From: Amoebidium appalachense
Lineage: Eukaryota; Protista; Ichthyosporea
Direction of reading: 5' to 3'
Assembly (NCBI GenBank): GCA_963693365.1
Contig: CAVNZM010000012.1
Location: 6,150,889-6,214,888, forward strand
DNA length: 64,000 bases
The first letter of the stretch is position 1, and the number at the start of each line of letters is the position of its first letter. The translations under genes were made by a program, and so were the position numbers. Shown here in pieces: positions 37,296 to 61,265 of the stretch. The notes beneath the pieces are model-generated. The model was not told the DNA's origin and ran no database searches. It saw only the letters and a list, made by a program, of their open reading frames with translations.

Positions 37296-38424
37296 CTGAC
37301 ATCTCCACTTCCTCCCCAAACGCGAACACATGCATGCACACATGCACACACCCGTTGGCTCACATCCATATCAGTGCATATCCCTACCCACTACCAACAC
37401 TGGCACTATAGGGTGTGGAAGCCCAACTGTGTACACTCACACACATGGAATGGGCGGACACGGCCTTTTTTTTCTTTTGTTAAAAACACAGCTGCAGTGT
37501 TTTTTTTTGGGGGGGGGGGGTGACTGAAATACCCTCCATGTGTAAATTGGAGTGGATGTGAGGGCGTGTGGGTTGGGTTCGTGTGTATATTATTTCCTTT
37601 TTGGGGGGGGGGAGGGGGGGGGGGGGGGAGGGGGGGAGGGGGAGGGGAGGTTGCATAAGGTTGACGACTCGTAAATCGCTCGTGTACTTCTGTCCCTTTA
37701 ACTCCCTCCCTGCTCCCTCCCCCCTCCCCCCTCTCCCTCCCTCCTTCCCCTCCCCCCCCCCCCCCCCCCTTCCTCCCCCTCTTCTCTCTCTCTCCCCTCC
37801 CCCCCCCCCCCTCCTCCTCCTCCTCCTCACCCCTCATGTGCTCTGTTACTGGGGTGCATGGTCTTCCTTTCATTGCTGCACCCTACTGCACCCACTCCTT
37901 ATTGGTGTACAGTCACAGATACCGTCTTTTTTTCCATGTCTTTCTCTGCGGCCTCTCTCAGATTGCTCTCTCTTGTCTATGAAGTTCTCTCGTCATTCCG
38001 TTTCTCCACCTCTCTCCCATCCTCCCTCTCTCCCTCTCTCTCCATCTCTGTCACTCTCCCTCCCACCCTCCATCCATCCCTCCCAACCTTTCTCCCTCCC
38101 TCTGTCCCTCCCTCCCTCCCTCCCTCCCTCCCTCCCCCCTTACTCCTTCCCTCCCTCTCTCGCTCTCCCCCCCCCCCCCCCCCCTCTCTCTCTCTCTCTC
38201 TCGCTCTTTCTCCTCTCCCTCCCTCTCCCTCCCTCCCCCCCCATCCCCCCCCCCCCCCCCCCCGGTCACCGCCGCTTTCCCCTCTCCTCACTCCCTCCCT
38301 CCCTCCATCCCTCCCTTTCTCTCCTCGCTTCCTCCGTTTCTCCCCCTCACAACATCTCCGGCCAAAACAGTCTAATAATCATCTTTTTTATCCCCATTTG
38401 CAGGTGGAATATGGCACCCTGTGA
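31277..38424 (+). CDS. CCDC32-like small protein with AP-2 adaptor-binding-type motifs
   Basis: GT-AG exons 31277-31416, 32302-32347, 33285-33402, 34413-34478, 35591-35644, 36811-36997 and 38404-38424. Core [17 protein letters not shown] resembles the CCDC32 helix YLASLEKKLRRIK. Contains DPF twice and WAKF. The acidic exon 6 and the YGTL* end require one G-run indel near 36935; uncorrected, the frame runs to 38515. Confidence 0.55.
35189..35345. repeat. (GCGT)n tetranucleotide microsatellite embedded in (GT)n
   Basis: Directly visible; a reverse-complement (GCAC)n tract also occurs at ~46497-46565. Confidence 0.95.
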
Positions 38425-38711
38425 GTGGCCTTTGTTCTCTGCTCCATTCTGGTCGGTGACAGAACCCTTAGGCTACCCGCCCCTGCCTGATCACGTACCC
38501 GCCTGCCTGCCCTAAGGAACTGTTTTTGGTTGTTTTTTTTCATAGCAGGACACCGAATGTATGCGCGAATGCAGAGTTACATCTTATAGAGTAAATTATT
38601 ATAAATGAATGCGGGACCAGAACTCGATCACTCCCCCCTCCCCTCCCCACACACACACACACGCATGTACACGCGCATGTGCGTGCACACACACACAAAC
38701 ACACACACAGT

Positions 38712-38785
<74 letters not shown>

Positions 38786-41599
38786 ACACAAACACAAGGT
38801 GCGGCTGTGGCGGTGGTCATTTTTGGCTGTTTCTTTTTGATATTATTGGGCAGACCAATCACTTATGGTTATATTTATATTATCTATTTCTTTGATGTTG
38901 GTTCCACATGCTAGGTACGATCTGTGTTCCTGCCTACAGCAGACAAGACCCAGAAGTTAGAACTTGGATAAAGAACTTTAAATTTGAAAACTAAAAAGGT
39001 AGGAATATGTGAAGCCAAGCTAAGCCTTGTGTGTTCGAAGGGTGTCGGCCTACACGTGTACTTGTCCTGTTTTGGCCACAAATTCAGTCACAAGCAAATG
39101 TCGTTTTGTGGATAAAAATAGTTTCCGGTATTTTTGTGTCTCAAGCACACGTGTCGCGCATGAATCAGCACAGTGTCGTATTGTTTGTTGTGAACTGTCG
39201 GACATGGTAGGTTATTCAATAGGGTATATAATTGCATAATAATACAATTATATCTATTATTTTAGGGTTCAGTTTCTGCGTTACTGCTGTTACCAGAGGG
39301 AGCGGCCAATAAAGTGCAATGATCCCCGACTCGTAAACAGGACACGTGCATGCACATACCTCGATCGAGTCTACTTTGCACGCGCCCCACTTGCACCGTA
39401 CAACTCTATTAGTATTACGCTATGCATCTGTGGGAGCCATATATGCATTTATCTAGAATATATACTCCTGGTAATAGAAAAATGTTGTTTCATATATAAA
39501 TTGTATGTATTAGTTAGGGTTATTGGGGTTTATTTTGTTGCTACCTTCCCACACCTCGCACACGTGTTCGTGTTCGGTGTGGCTCTTTGTGGCTCACGGC
39601 CCGCGCGTGCCGTCGAATTCGATCGATGATATCGATTCTACTCGAATGATTCGAATCACCAGGAATCGCCAGATTTCTATACCGTCAGACATCAGAGTGC
39701 ATATGAAAGTTGCGTCATCGCCATGACGTCATCCCTGCCTGCTGCTGTACGCACGCGTGCACAGACAAGGTAAAAAATGTAGAAAATTTCGACAAAACGA
39801 ATACGTGTAAGGTAAAACGGGTACATAGAGCAGTCAAAACCCCACAACCCCTGACATCAAGTTGCTGAAGTAGAGAAGTGCAAAAAAGAGGACGCTTGAC
39901 TCCGCTTGGCTGGGACATGCTTCGATCTAATGAGCATATTAGTCAAGCTGTCTGTGGCACGAATTTTGATAAAAATACAAAAAAAAAAACTAGGGAAAAC
40001 TGCCGTAAAATCATGCGGCTATTTTTTAATCGCACAGTAGATAAATCAGTGTTCAATCGTACAGTATACTGAGGGCGTTTGTACATGTTGACCCATGCGG
40101 CCAGGTGTAGTTTACTGGGCCAAGTACCCCTCTCCGTCGTCTCAAACCCCTAGACCGGTACCGTCACGGTGCTGAGTGCGGGGCTCAATGATGGCGAGTT
40201 ACATTTTTTTCTTTTGACTGAATTTATTCGACGGAAAGATATGCAAGTATGCACGGCATACTGAGAAGACAAAAAAAACTTCACGAGTTATCCAGTAACA
40301 AGTGCATACTGGGATACCTGAACACTGTGTGAAAATCATATAAATACTCAATGTGACGACCAACAGAATTCAACAAAAAGTCTAAAGTGTTCACATTGCC
40401 AGCCAGTGTACACGTAGCAGACACCCGTAGGGAAAGAGGTAAAACGCGACGTCATAAAAACTCACACCTATCAACATGCTTTCGATTAGAAAGTTCAGCA
40501 CAAATGTGGCACCAGCGGCGATGGAAGCAAGAATTACAACGCCACTGCACAACTTCCCAGGCAATATCAACATCAGAGCACCATACAGAGTTATCTATTA
40601 GGGTGGTATCCATACGTACAGCAGGAGAAATGTATCCTGCCAAAGCTCCCAAAAAGCGACAATGATCATCATGATACGGCGTTGCCTAAGGAACAAAACA
40701 CATGCGAGTTATATAGTCAAAATGAAGGAATCATAGCAATGGTTATAAAAAATAGGCTTCACAAAGAACTTTTTTGTATTGCTGTCTTAATAATGCGGCG
40801 TACTACAAGTTTATTGATGTGGATATAAATACAGCGAAAATTATAACCGCAATGATTACAATACTAGCAATCAATTATTTTTCGATATACATAGCTATTT
40901 TAAACAGAAAATCGGGAGTGGGGTTCGTAACCGTTAAGGAGAACTTCTGCACGGTGCCGCGCCCGCCGGCATAAGCCGCGCACCCTGGCGTGGCTGCGCA
41001 CGCGCCCTTTGGCCTCATACAGTCAACCCTTTTATAATAATGAATGATAAATAATGTGTGCGTGCTGTTTGTATTGTGTCGTTATTCACTGTGTCGCTTG
41101 ATTATACTCTTACTATATTTTTACAGGAAACCTGATAACGTTCTGATATCTACTACATTCCTGCTACATTCCTGTCCTGTTGTGGTTTTCTTGTTAGACA
41201 TTTCAGCCCAGTTTTTCATGAAGCCGCCTAAAATTCGGTCCACGATGATTGGTAGGCGGATATCGGGACTCAAATGTCATTGGTTGGTAGCCTTTTAGGC
41301 AGCTAGGCTGCGGATCTGTCGGCGGCTAGCCATTGGCGGACGCCCGATAGATGTGGTGTTTGTGTTGTCTCATCGGATATAAAATGCTCGTGTTTTGCGG
41401 AGCTTATCAGTTTGCTTGAGAACGTCCATTTTTTTTTCAGAGGTTCCTTGGAGGCTGTTGTATTTACTTATATTCCAACACACGCTGCACTGAAATTACT
41501 TCGCATGTATATACGTACAGTGGTGTGTGACTTAGACTTTGCAGGCTCGCACAGATACACCACACACGGTCATACAACACACACAAAAAAAACACCACC

Positions 41600-42522
41600 A
41601 TGCCGATATTGGCAGCAGTCAAAGCGGTCCGCGCCGCCTTTCAAGGGGCACGCGACTTAAACACAGGAGACAACTTCTCAAAGTCCGAGTGGAAAACCGA
41701 GTTTGAAAACAACAGACCCCTCTTTGTGAGCGCAGCCCTCGGAACATGCGACTTCACGGAAGTAGCCACCAAAATTTCCGGAGGAGAGAAGAAGAGGCAG
41801 GGGTTGATTACGAATGCTGTAAACAATGTGAAGGTTCAGTCAGGCAGTGCTACACGTACGGTGGTGGTGCATGGCAAGTGTGTGTACATGCTCAAGAAGA
41901 AGGAGGGGAAAGGGGAGCACGAAGCAGAGGTGAGTGACTCATTTTTATTGGTCAAAGAGTGGGTGGGGTATACGTAGGGTTGCCCGTAGGTGTTTGCTGA
42001 GTGTATGTGCGCCTGGAATCATGTGGACTGGTATGTTGTGTATCGCAGAGGCGTGTGGGTTCAACTTATAGTATATATCTCAGTGTCTTTGTTGGTGTTT
42101 TCTGCAGACATATATATTGTGCACTTTGGTAGAGTCCTTCCCATTTTTTACGTTGCCATATGCCGTTATCTTTGGCTCCCTGCATGCATTTTAAAGCTGA
42201 AGTAATTTCAATGGTGCGGCCTTAAAACTATACATATTACCCCCCGGCTCCCCTATTCACCCTCTTCCCCCCCCCCCCCCCCCCCCCCCCCGGTCCCCCA
42301 ATCAAACAAACAAATTTCAAAAGGAACTGAAACACACTGTAATGTTAGCACTCCCTTATCACAAACATTCGTGAACACACACGCACGCGCGCGTGCACAC
42401 ACACACACACACACACAGACACACTTTTGCACTTACACAAGAGAAAAGAACAAATTTAAGGACACACACGCTGATATGCACGGCTGTGAACAATGCGCAT
42501 TATCCATTAGTTTCTTCTTATT

Positions 42523-42563
<41 letters not shown>

Positions 42564-42583
42564 CCCCGCCCCGGGGCTTCCCC

Positions 42584-42650
<67 letters not shown>

Positions 42651-43026
42651 CTGTACCCTCCCCTCCCTTCTCCCTCTCCCCCTGTCCATTTGTCCCGATT
42701 TACATTAAATCCATGTTCTAACGCAAGTCTTTCCCCACCCACAGTACGAGCTAGACCCACTATTCAGCACCGTAGACGGTAAAGAACCAGTGCACCTCGA
42801 AGACATCTCCATCAAGAAAATGCCGAGCAAGACGGAGGGTGTAGTAGTGTACAGGGTCATGGTGAGCAGCGTCACACGCTTAAAGTTGAGCAAACACGAG
42901 GACGCGTTTGGGCGGGTTTGGGATTTGTCGGTTTCCGAAGTAGGCCAGAATGCAAAGTTGGTTCAGTGGCTTGAGGGACGTGCACTTGGGGCGAGCGACG
43001 CGGCCAAGTTGGAATGGGGAGATTGA
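41600..43026 (+). CDS. Two-exon ~203 aa protein, possibly PH-like fold
   Basis: CCACCATG start. Exon 41600-41929 (donor GTGAGT) and exon 42745-43026 (acceptor CACAG) join in phase 0. Pattern RTVVVHGKCVYMLKK...KEPVHLEDISIKK...VVYRV...WDLSV...LVQWLE resembles PH strands plus the terminal Trp helix. Upstream ATTGG boxes and TATAAAA at ~41378. Confidence 0.7.
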
Positions 43027-43095
43027 AATTTGGAACATTTTTGGGGTGTTTGCAGGTGCATAACAGCGGCGGGGGCAGATGAGGTGGGTGTGTGT

Positions 43096-43136
<41 letters not shown>

Positions 43137-44099
43137 TGTGTTTAGTGTTCTGCAGTTATATGAGGTGTGTAGGCTGTGCAGACGGTATGCAGATTTTGGT
43201 CACAGCTCGTGAGAGTGTAAATAAGGTAGAATGAGGTTGAGATGAAATTGCCATTAGTGTGATGCTCGATCATATAGGTGTTATGGTAATTGATAAATGA
43301 TACATGAAAATTTCGGCGGCAATCAATTGTTGACTCGTGCTTTACGGGGTTGTGCAGAGCCATATTCGTTGGTGCGTTAAATTATAATGATTTATGCTGT
43401 TTAGATTCATTTCAACTTGAAGTACGATACCGAAGTGAATTATATCATTCAACGTTACTCGTGGTATTAATGTTTAGCAGCTAGCTGATGTTGTAAAGTG
43501 CATGTAGTTTCACGCCAATATTAAAATGTGCTTGTATTCCATGTTGCTACCGTACGGAGATGACCCTTATTGGTCTAGCTTTACTATTAAAACGCGTAAA
43601 ACAGTCACCGAAAAATGCGAGACGCCTGCATCTTCAGAGCCTATGCCCAAAGGACGGGCAGCCAGTGATCCCCACATCCGCACCTTTTCCATCAAGTTTA
43701 TCAAAGTTTTGCAAAGTTTCGCGCAATTTGAAACGAAAAATACTGACGGACAAATCTAGAAACAAGCCTGTGGTGGCAAAGGCCATCCGACCCGGTGGTT
43801 GAAGGCCGTTACACTGCACTCTCCCATATCATCACTCCCTTAGTTTCCTTGGCACCGTAGTGGGCCGTTTCAGAGTTTTTGATTTTTATTCATTTTTTAT
43901 CCTAGTTTCGAATACTATTGTACTCTTTATATGTGACCATGTATTGAACTACAGACAATTAGCCAGCGCGCGTTGGCTATAGCGTTGCAGCTGTTATAGG
44001 GGCTCGAGATGTGTTAATGATGTCACGATATCGCAAAACACACCGAAGTCATATCCTGAACACAGAGAAGGTACAGTTGGATGTTTCTGGCCGGAAGCC

Positions 44100-44139
<40 letters not shown>

Positions 44140-44885
44140 CCCCGCCCCAGGCTCGTGATAAGTTATGACACGCGCGCGCGCTCAAAAAAACAAACCAAAA
44201 AAAAAGGATAGAAGGAAACAATGTGAATAAGCAACCCACCGTGGTACTACTTGGAGAACATACACACACAGACACAAGCATGCACACATATACAAACATG
44301 CATATGCTCGCGCGAGCGCCCGTGCGCATACGTTTGCACACACACACACACATGCACACAAACCACGCACGCACACGTACACGGGCCACACACACACGGG
44401 GCAGTCACTTGATTTAGAATCAGACGACGGCAAAGGCTTGCATGCGCTGTGTAAGGGTGTGATTTATTTTTATTTTTTAATCTCTTGAATTGGTGAACGT
44501 CGGAGGCTCGCAGCCCCCCAAAAAATAAACATTACAATGTGCCACCATCTTTTAAAGATAGTCTCAGCAATAAAGCTAAAGCTAATCCTCTGAATCCTGC
44601 TTCGTCGCACTCATGCTACACAGACGTGGAACAAAACCTAAGTACACACTATGCATACACAAACTACATACACCCCACGGTAACCCTGACTAGGCACCGG
44701 GTATATATATAATATTTCCATTCGTATTGATTTATCTCCACAATGCATACGCTCACACTGTCACAAGGGCATCAATCAAAGTTCCTCACATCGACATTCA
44801 ACAGTTGCAACCTGGCGGCCCACAAAACACTGTGTGTTGTGTGTGTGTGTGTGACGGTGTGTGTGTGTGTCAGTGTGTGTGCGTG

Positions 44886-44949
<64 letters not shown>

Positions 44950-45104
44950 TGTACGTGTGTGTGCGCGCGCGTGTAGGGGGGGGGGGGGGGGGGGGGGAGG
45001 TTCCAACGGCCATTCACTCAACGAACATGAAAACAACCAAAAAAAACAAACCAAATAATAATAATAATAATAAATAGACTACAAAAAAATCTTTGAGAAT
45101 GCAC

Positions 45105-57305
<12,201 letters not shown>

Positions 57306-57397
57306 GGTGAACGAGCCTCTGGTCGTTTCTCGTTCCTAGCTGTCTATTCTTACTTTATTTTTTTTCGCGGCTAGGAGGGGAGGGGAGGGGGAGGTGT

Positions 57398-57448
<51 letters not shown>

Positions 57449-59619
57449 GGGGGGGGGCGAGGGTTAGCATGAGGGGAGGGGGGGAGGCGAGGGTTAGCAA
57501 GCATCACTTGAATGTATAGGCACGAACGTGACGGTTACACTTTGTTCTTCGATGCCCAACTGGTTACAAGATCACCTCAAGAATTCACCACTTCGTGTGG
57601 GCCAAAACATTGAAAAGGGAGCGAATCCCGTTCCAGTAGGGCATCTCGTGCACACAAAAAAACACATTCGACTTTTCTTTTGACACGACTGTCACGTGTT
57701 GAGTCTTTGTAACAATTAGCTTGTCCTTCATCAAAGTAGCCTAGAGTTGTGGCATGGTCACGGTTGTGTAGAGGTGAAAGCAGTACACGGCTGAGCGGCG
57801 GTTATAGAAGGAGATTTGCAGCGTTCCAAAAAAAGATCAAACCTTTGAGCATGCAGGGACATTAAAATGAAGCACGAAAGGAACAAGGGTAAAGAAGGGG
57901 AGCGGGGGGGGGGGGAAGGGGGGGGGAGGGGGGGGGGGGGGGGGGGGGGTAAATCTCAGTACTGAATACGGGCAAGACCTAACTAAGGGCATCGTGTGAC
58001 AAGAAAAGCGAATGCACTGACATAACAACACGGGCAGAGCCGGGAGGGGAAGAGGATGAAGGGGAAGATGGAGGACGGAGAGGAAGTGGCTGAGGGAGGT
58101 GACATGGGAATGTGGTATAGTTACCGGTTTATAAGCAGGATCTTGCTCCGTGGGCAGGACGGTTTGATAAGGGCAGTTGACAGCAGTCTTTAATGGCGAG
58201 GGACAAAACACTTTAGCATTATACTAACTTTGATACAGCTGTATTGGCTTCAAAGAGTTGTTGGTTCTCGCTTATGAGTAACGCACGTCGAACTAGTCGA
58301 CGAGAGAGGGAAGATTTCTGTAAGGCGTTTGAAACCAAGAATCAGGCTGGGGGGTGCAAGTGAAAGGGGCCGAAGGACGCGAGATAAGAAAAAACGAAGA
58401 GAACTTCGACTGCCATATAAGCTAGGTTCTATAACGAGGCGCCCTTGTAACGATTTCACAAGAAGCCAAAATTGTCATAAGACTGGTCACTTGTGGCTTA
58501 CGGCTTGAAAGGGTACTGGTAGTACTAGTGGCACATCTACCTACTTCAGGTGCACAAGATCAAAATTAAACCCCTCCCCCTGTTTACTCTATCAAAAGTA
58601 GGTCAACCAAGCTCTCTAATATATCCGTTCAAAAATACACATACAAGCATATGCGCCTCTCTCACACTGTGCGTCTCTTATAGGGAAACAACTTCCCGCC
58701 GCCTATGTCCCTACTGTACAAGAAGCGTGTGTGACAGTTTCCAGGAATGAGCTGTTTATGAACCTTTCGCATTGTGATTGGCTGCCTCTGCATCAAAAAC
58801 AAAAACCAATAAAGTGAGCACCAAAAAGCATTGCGATGCTTTTTTGCTTTTCTTTGCTTTTCAGGCTATGCCCGTGGCACGGACTTCGACTCACGCCTAC
58901 AGGACGGAGGCTGGAGCACACTAGGCCACATTTAAAGTCTTTATCTTGAAGTTCTGCCTAAAGGTACTATGTTATATCAAGGAAAACAAAAGAACGAATT
59001 AACGGTAACGTTTGTATTCTCGGGAGCTGCGTATACTTGCCACTTGCCACTGCCAGTGCCAGCACAACCCTTATGATACAAAGCGGAATGTGCGGGGGTC
59101 GTGAGCAAATCTAGATAGTGCGGTAACGGTCTGTGATTGGCGGAATATATATCCCAGGTATGCGATTCACTGGTAAAAGTCAGGGTGTGAACTTCAGTTT
59201 TGGGTGTGCCAGACTCAGTTGGCCCTCGTCGAGGGGGGAGTCACTGTATGTAGATTTTGTCAATTTCATGGCCATGCTTTGGTAAAAGAACCACTGAACG
59301 TGCTGACGGGTCTTTTTTTGCATAACTGTTCCCCTCCAAGGGCCACTGGCCCAAAACTCAGTGGACCTAACCTCAGAACCTTCTCGGGGTTATACTATTA
59401 ATGTCCGATACTGATCCGGCACATATTCGTGTGGGGGGGGGGAATGTGCTGTTTCGTGGGGGGGGGAATGTCAATATTGGAAATGTCCTCTGCTTATAAA
59501 GCCATCAAGCTTCCAAACTCCCAGGCGATGCCATTACATACTTGTAGTATTAGTTTTAGTATTGAACTGCATCTTTCCAATTTTAGAATTCGACTAGCCA
59601 CTCCAGATTCTCCAGAACA

Positions 59620-59760
59620 AAATCACCAATCAGCACTAGAATAAATCCCCACAATAAGATAATTTTGATTGGCGTCTTTATTTTTTTGGCGCGAAATGTT
59701 CCCAGGCCAACGTGGCCATGGCACAACAAGGCCTCCTAATCTCCCGGAGGCCTTGTGGCA
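59620..59760. promoter_or_regulatory. Promoter with a dual E2F site, CCAAT boxes and an 11-bp inverted repeat
   Basis: TTTGGCGCGAAA at 59685-59696 is the reverse complement of the classic DHFR E2F site TTTCGCGCCAAA. CCAATCA at ~59626, GATTGG at ~59667, ACAAGGCCTCC/GGAGGCCTTGT at ~59726-59756. Lies ~270 bp before an ATG. Confidence 0.6.
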
Positions 59761-59963
59761 CAAGCCTCGAATCTAATAGAGTTGTCCCGTTGAACGAACG
59801 TTTATATATATACACACAAAATTATATTATATACCTACAGGTTACGAGGGATGATTTATAGTTTGGGTTTAAAGAAACACAATCCTTCTATGTTTACTTC
59901 CTGTTGATAGCTAGTAGCCAAGAAGTAGCTTGTAGATTCTCACAGGTTCCATCTGACGCTACT

Positions 59964-60370
59964 ATGTCTGACTCCGGGAGCGATTTCGACGCACCCTCTG
60001 GTAAGCAACCCAGCCCCCCTCTCCCCTCTCCCCTTCCCCCCCCGCTCCCCCCCTCTCCTCCTTTTCCCGTGCTTAGTTACACCCACGCCCCCTCCCATCC
60101 TTTCCCATAACCTGCACGTGCCATTCATGCTACCAGCCCCCCGGTCCCACACGTTACATGGGCACACATATACCATCCCTCCCTTCCTGTCCCATTCTCT
60201 CTTCTCTCTCATTTTTCCTCTCATGCATCTCTCTCATGCATCTCCGAATAGTTCTAGCAAGTAACGTTTCTATCTTTCAACACCACACCAGACCCAACCA
60301 CAGAGGCCCCCCTGTTGCTTACAACTGCTCCTGAGCACGCTTTTCCTCCGCAAGGATGGTTTGGGGGGAA

Positions 60371-60403
<33 letters not shown>

Positions 60404-60593
60404 CGCACAGCAGACAACAACAACTGCTGGTAGACCATATACCTCCGCCCAGAAATAAACGGAACCTTTGAGTGTTGCAACTTTTTAATCAATTGTTGGA
60501 GCAGATTGAAAGATGCATTTACGTTCATAAAAAGTTTTGAAACAGAATGTCCGTAAGTGTGTTTGGTGGTTGAGAAGGGGCAGGATGGACTTT

Positions 60594-60624
<31 letters not shown>

Positions 60625-61049
60625 GGGGTCGGAGGGGCAGGAAGGGTTGGGCTCAGGAAGGGAAGCTTGCCTGGGAAGGCGGGGTAGGGAGGGCGGAGGG
60701 TGGAGGAGGTAGGGGCAAGGGGGTGGGGGTGGGAATATAGGGGGCGGGGGGGCAGGGAGGTAAGTGGTAAAAGAGGAGTGATATAGAAAGGGTGTGTGTG
60801 TGTATGTGTGTGTGTGTGTGTGCATTCGTGTACATGTGTGTGTGTCTGTGTGAGGGGCAGGGGGGGGGGGGAGAGGGGGGGGGGGGGGGGGGGGTAAGAG
60901 TGGGAGGAGGGAGCGAGAAAGTTAGAGATAGAGAGAGGGAGTAGTAGAGAGGGAGAGTGGGGAAGAGGGAGAGAAAGAGAAAGAGAGGGCGGGGATGATG
61001 AGGGAGGGGGGCCGGGGGGGAGAGGGGATATATACATATATACACACAA

Positions 61050-61109
<60 letters not shown>

Positions 61110-61230
61110 GGGGGGGGGGAAGAGAGGGAGAGGGAGAGGGAGAGGGAAAGGGAGAGGGAGAGGGAGAGGGGGAGGGGAGGGAGAGGGAGAGGGAGGGAGA
61201 GAGAGAGAGAGAGAGAGGGAGGGAGGGAGG

Positions 61231-61265
<35 letters not shown>

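Noticed and set aside
40100-40200. RNase MRP-like GGGGCTCA motif
   Set aside because: No convincing matching P4 5' strand or overall fold.
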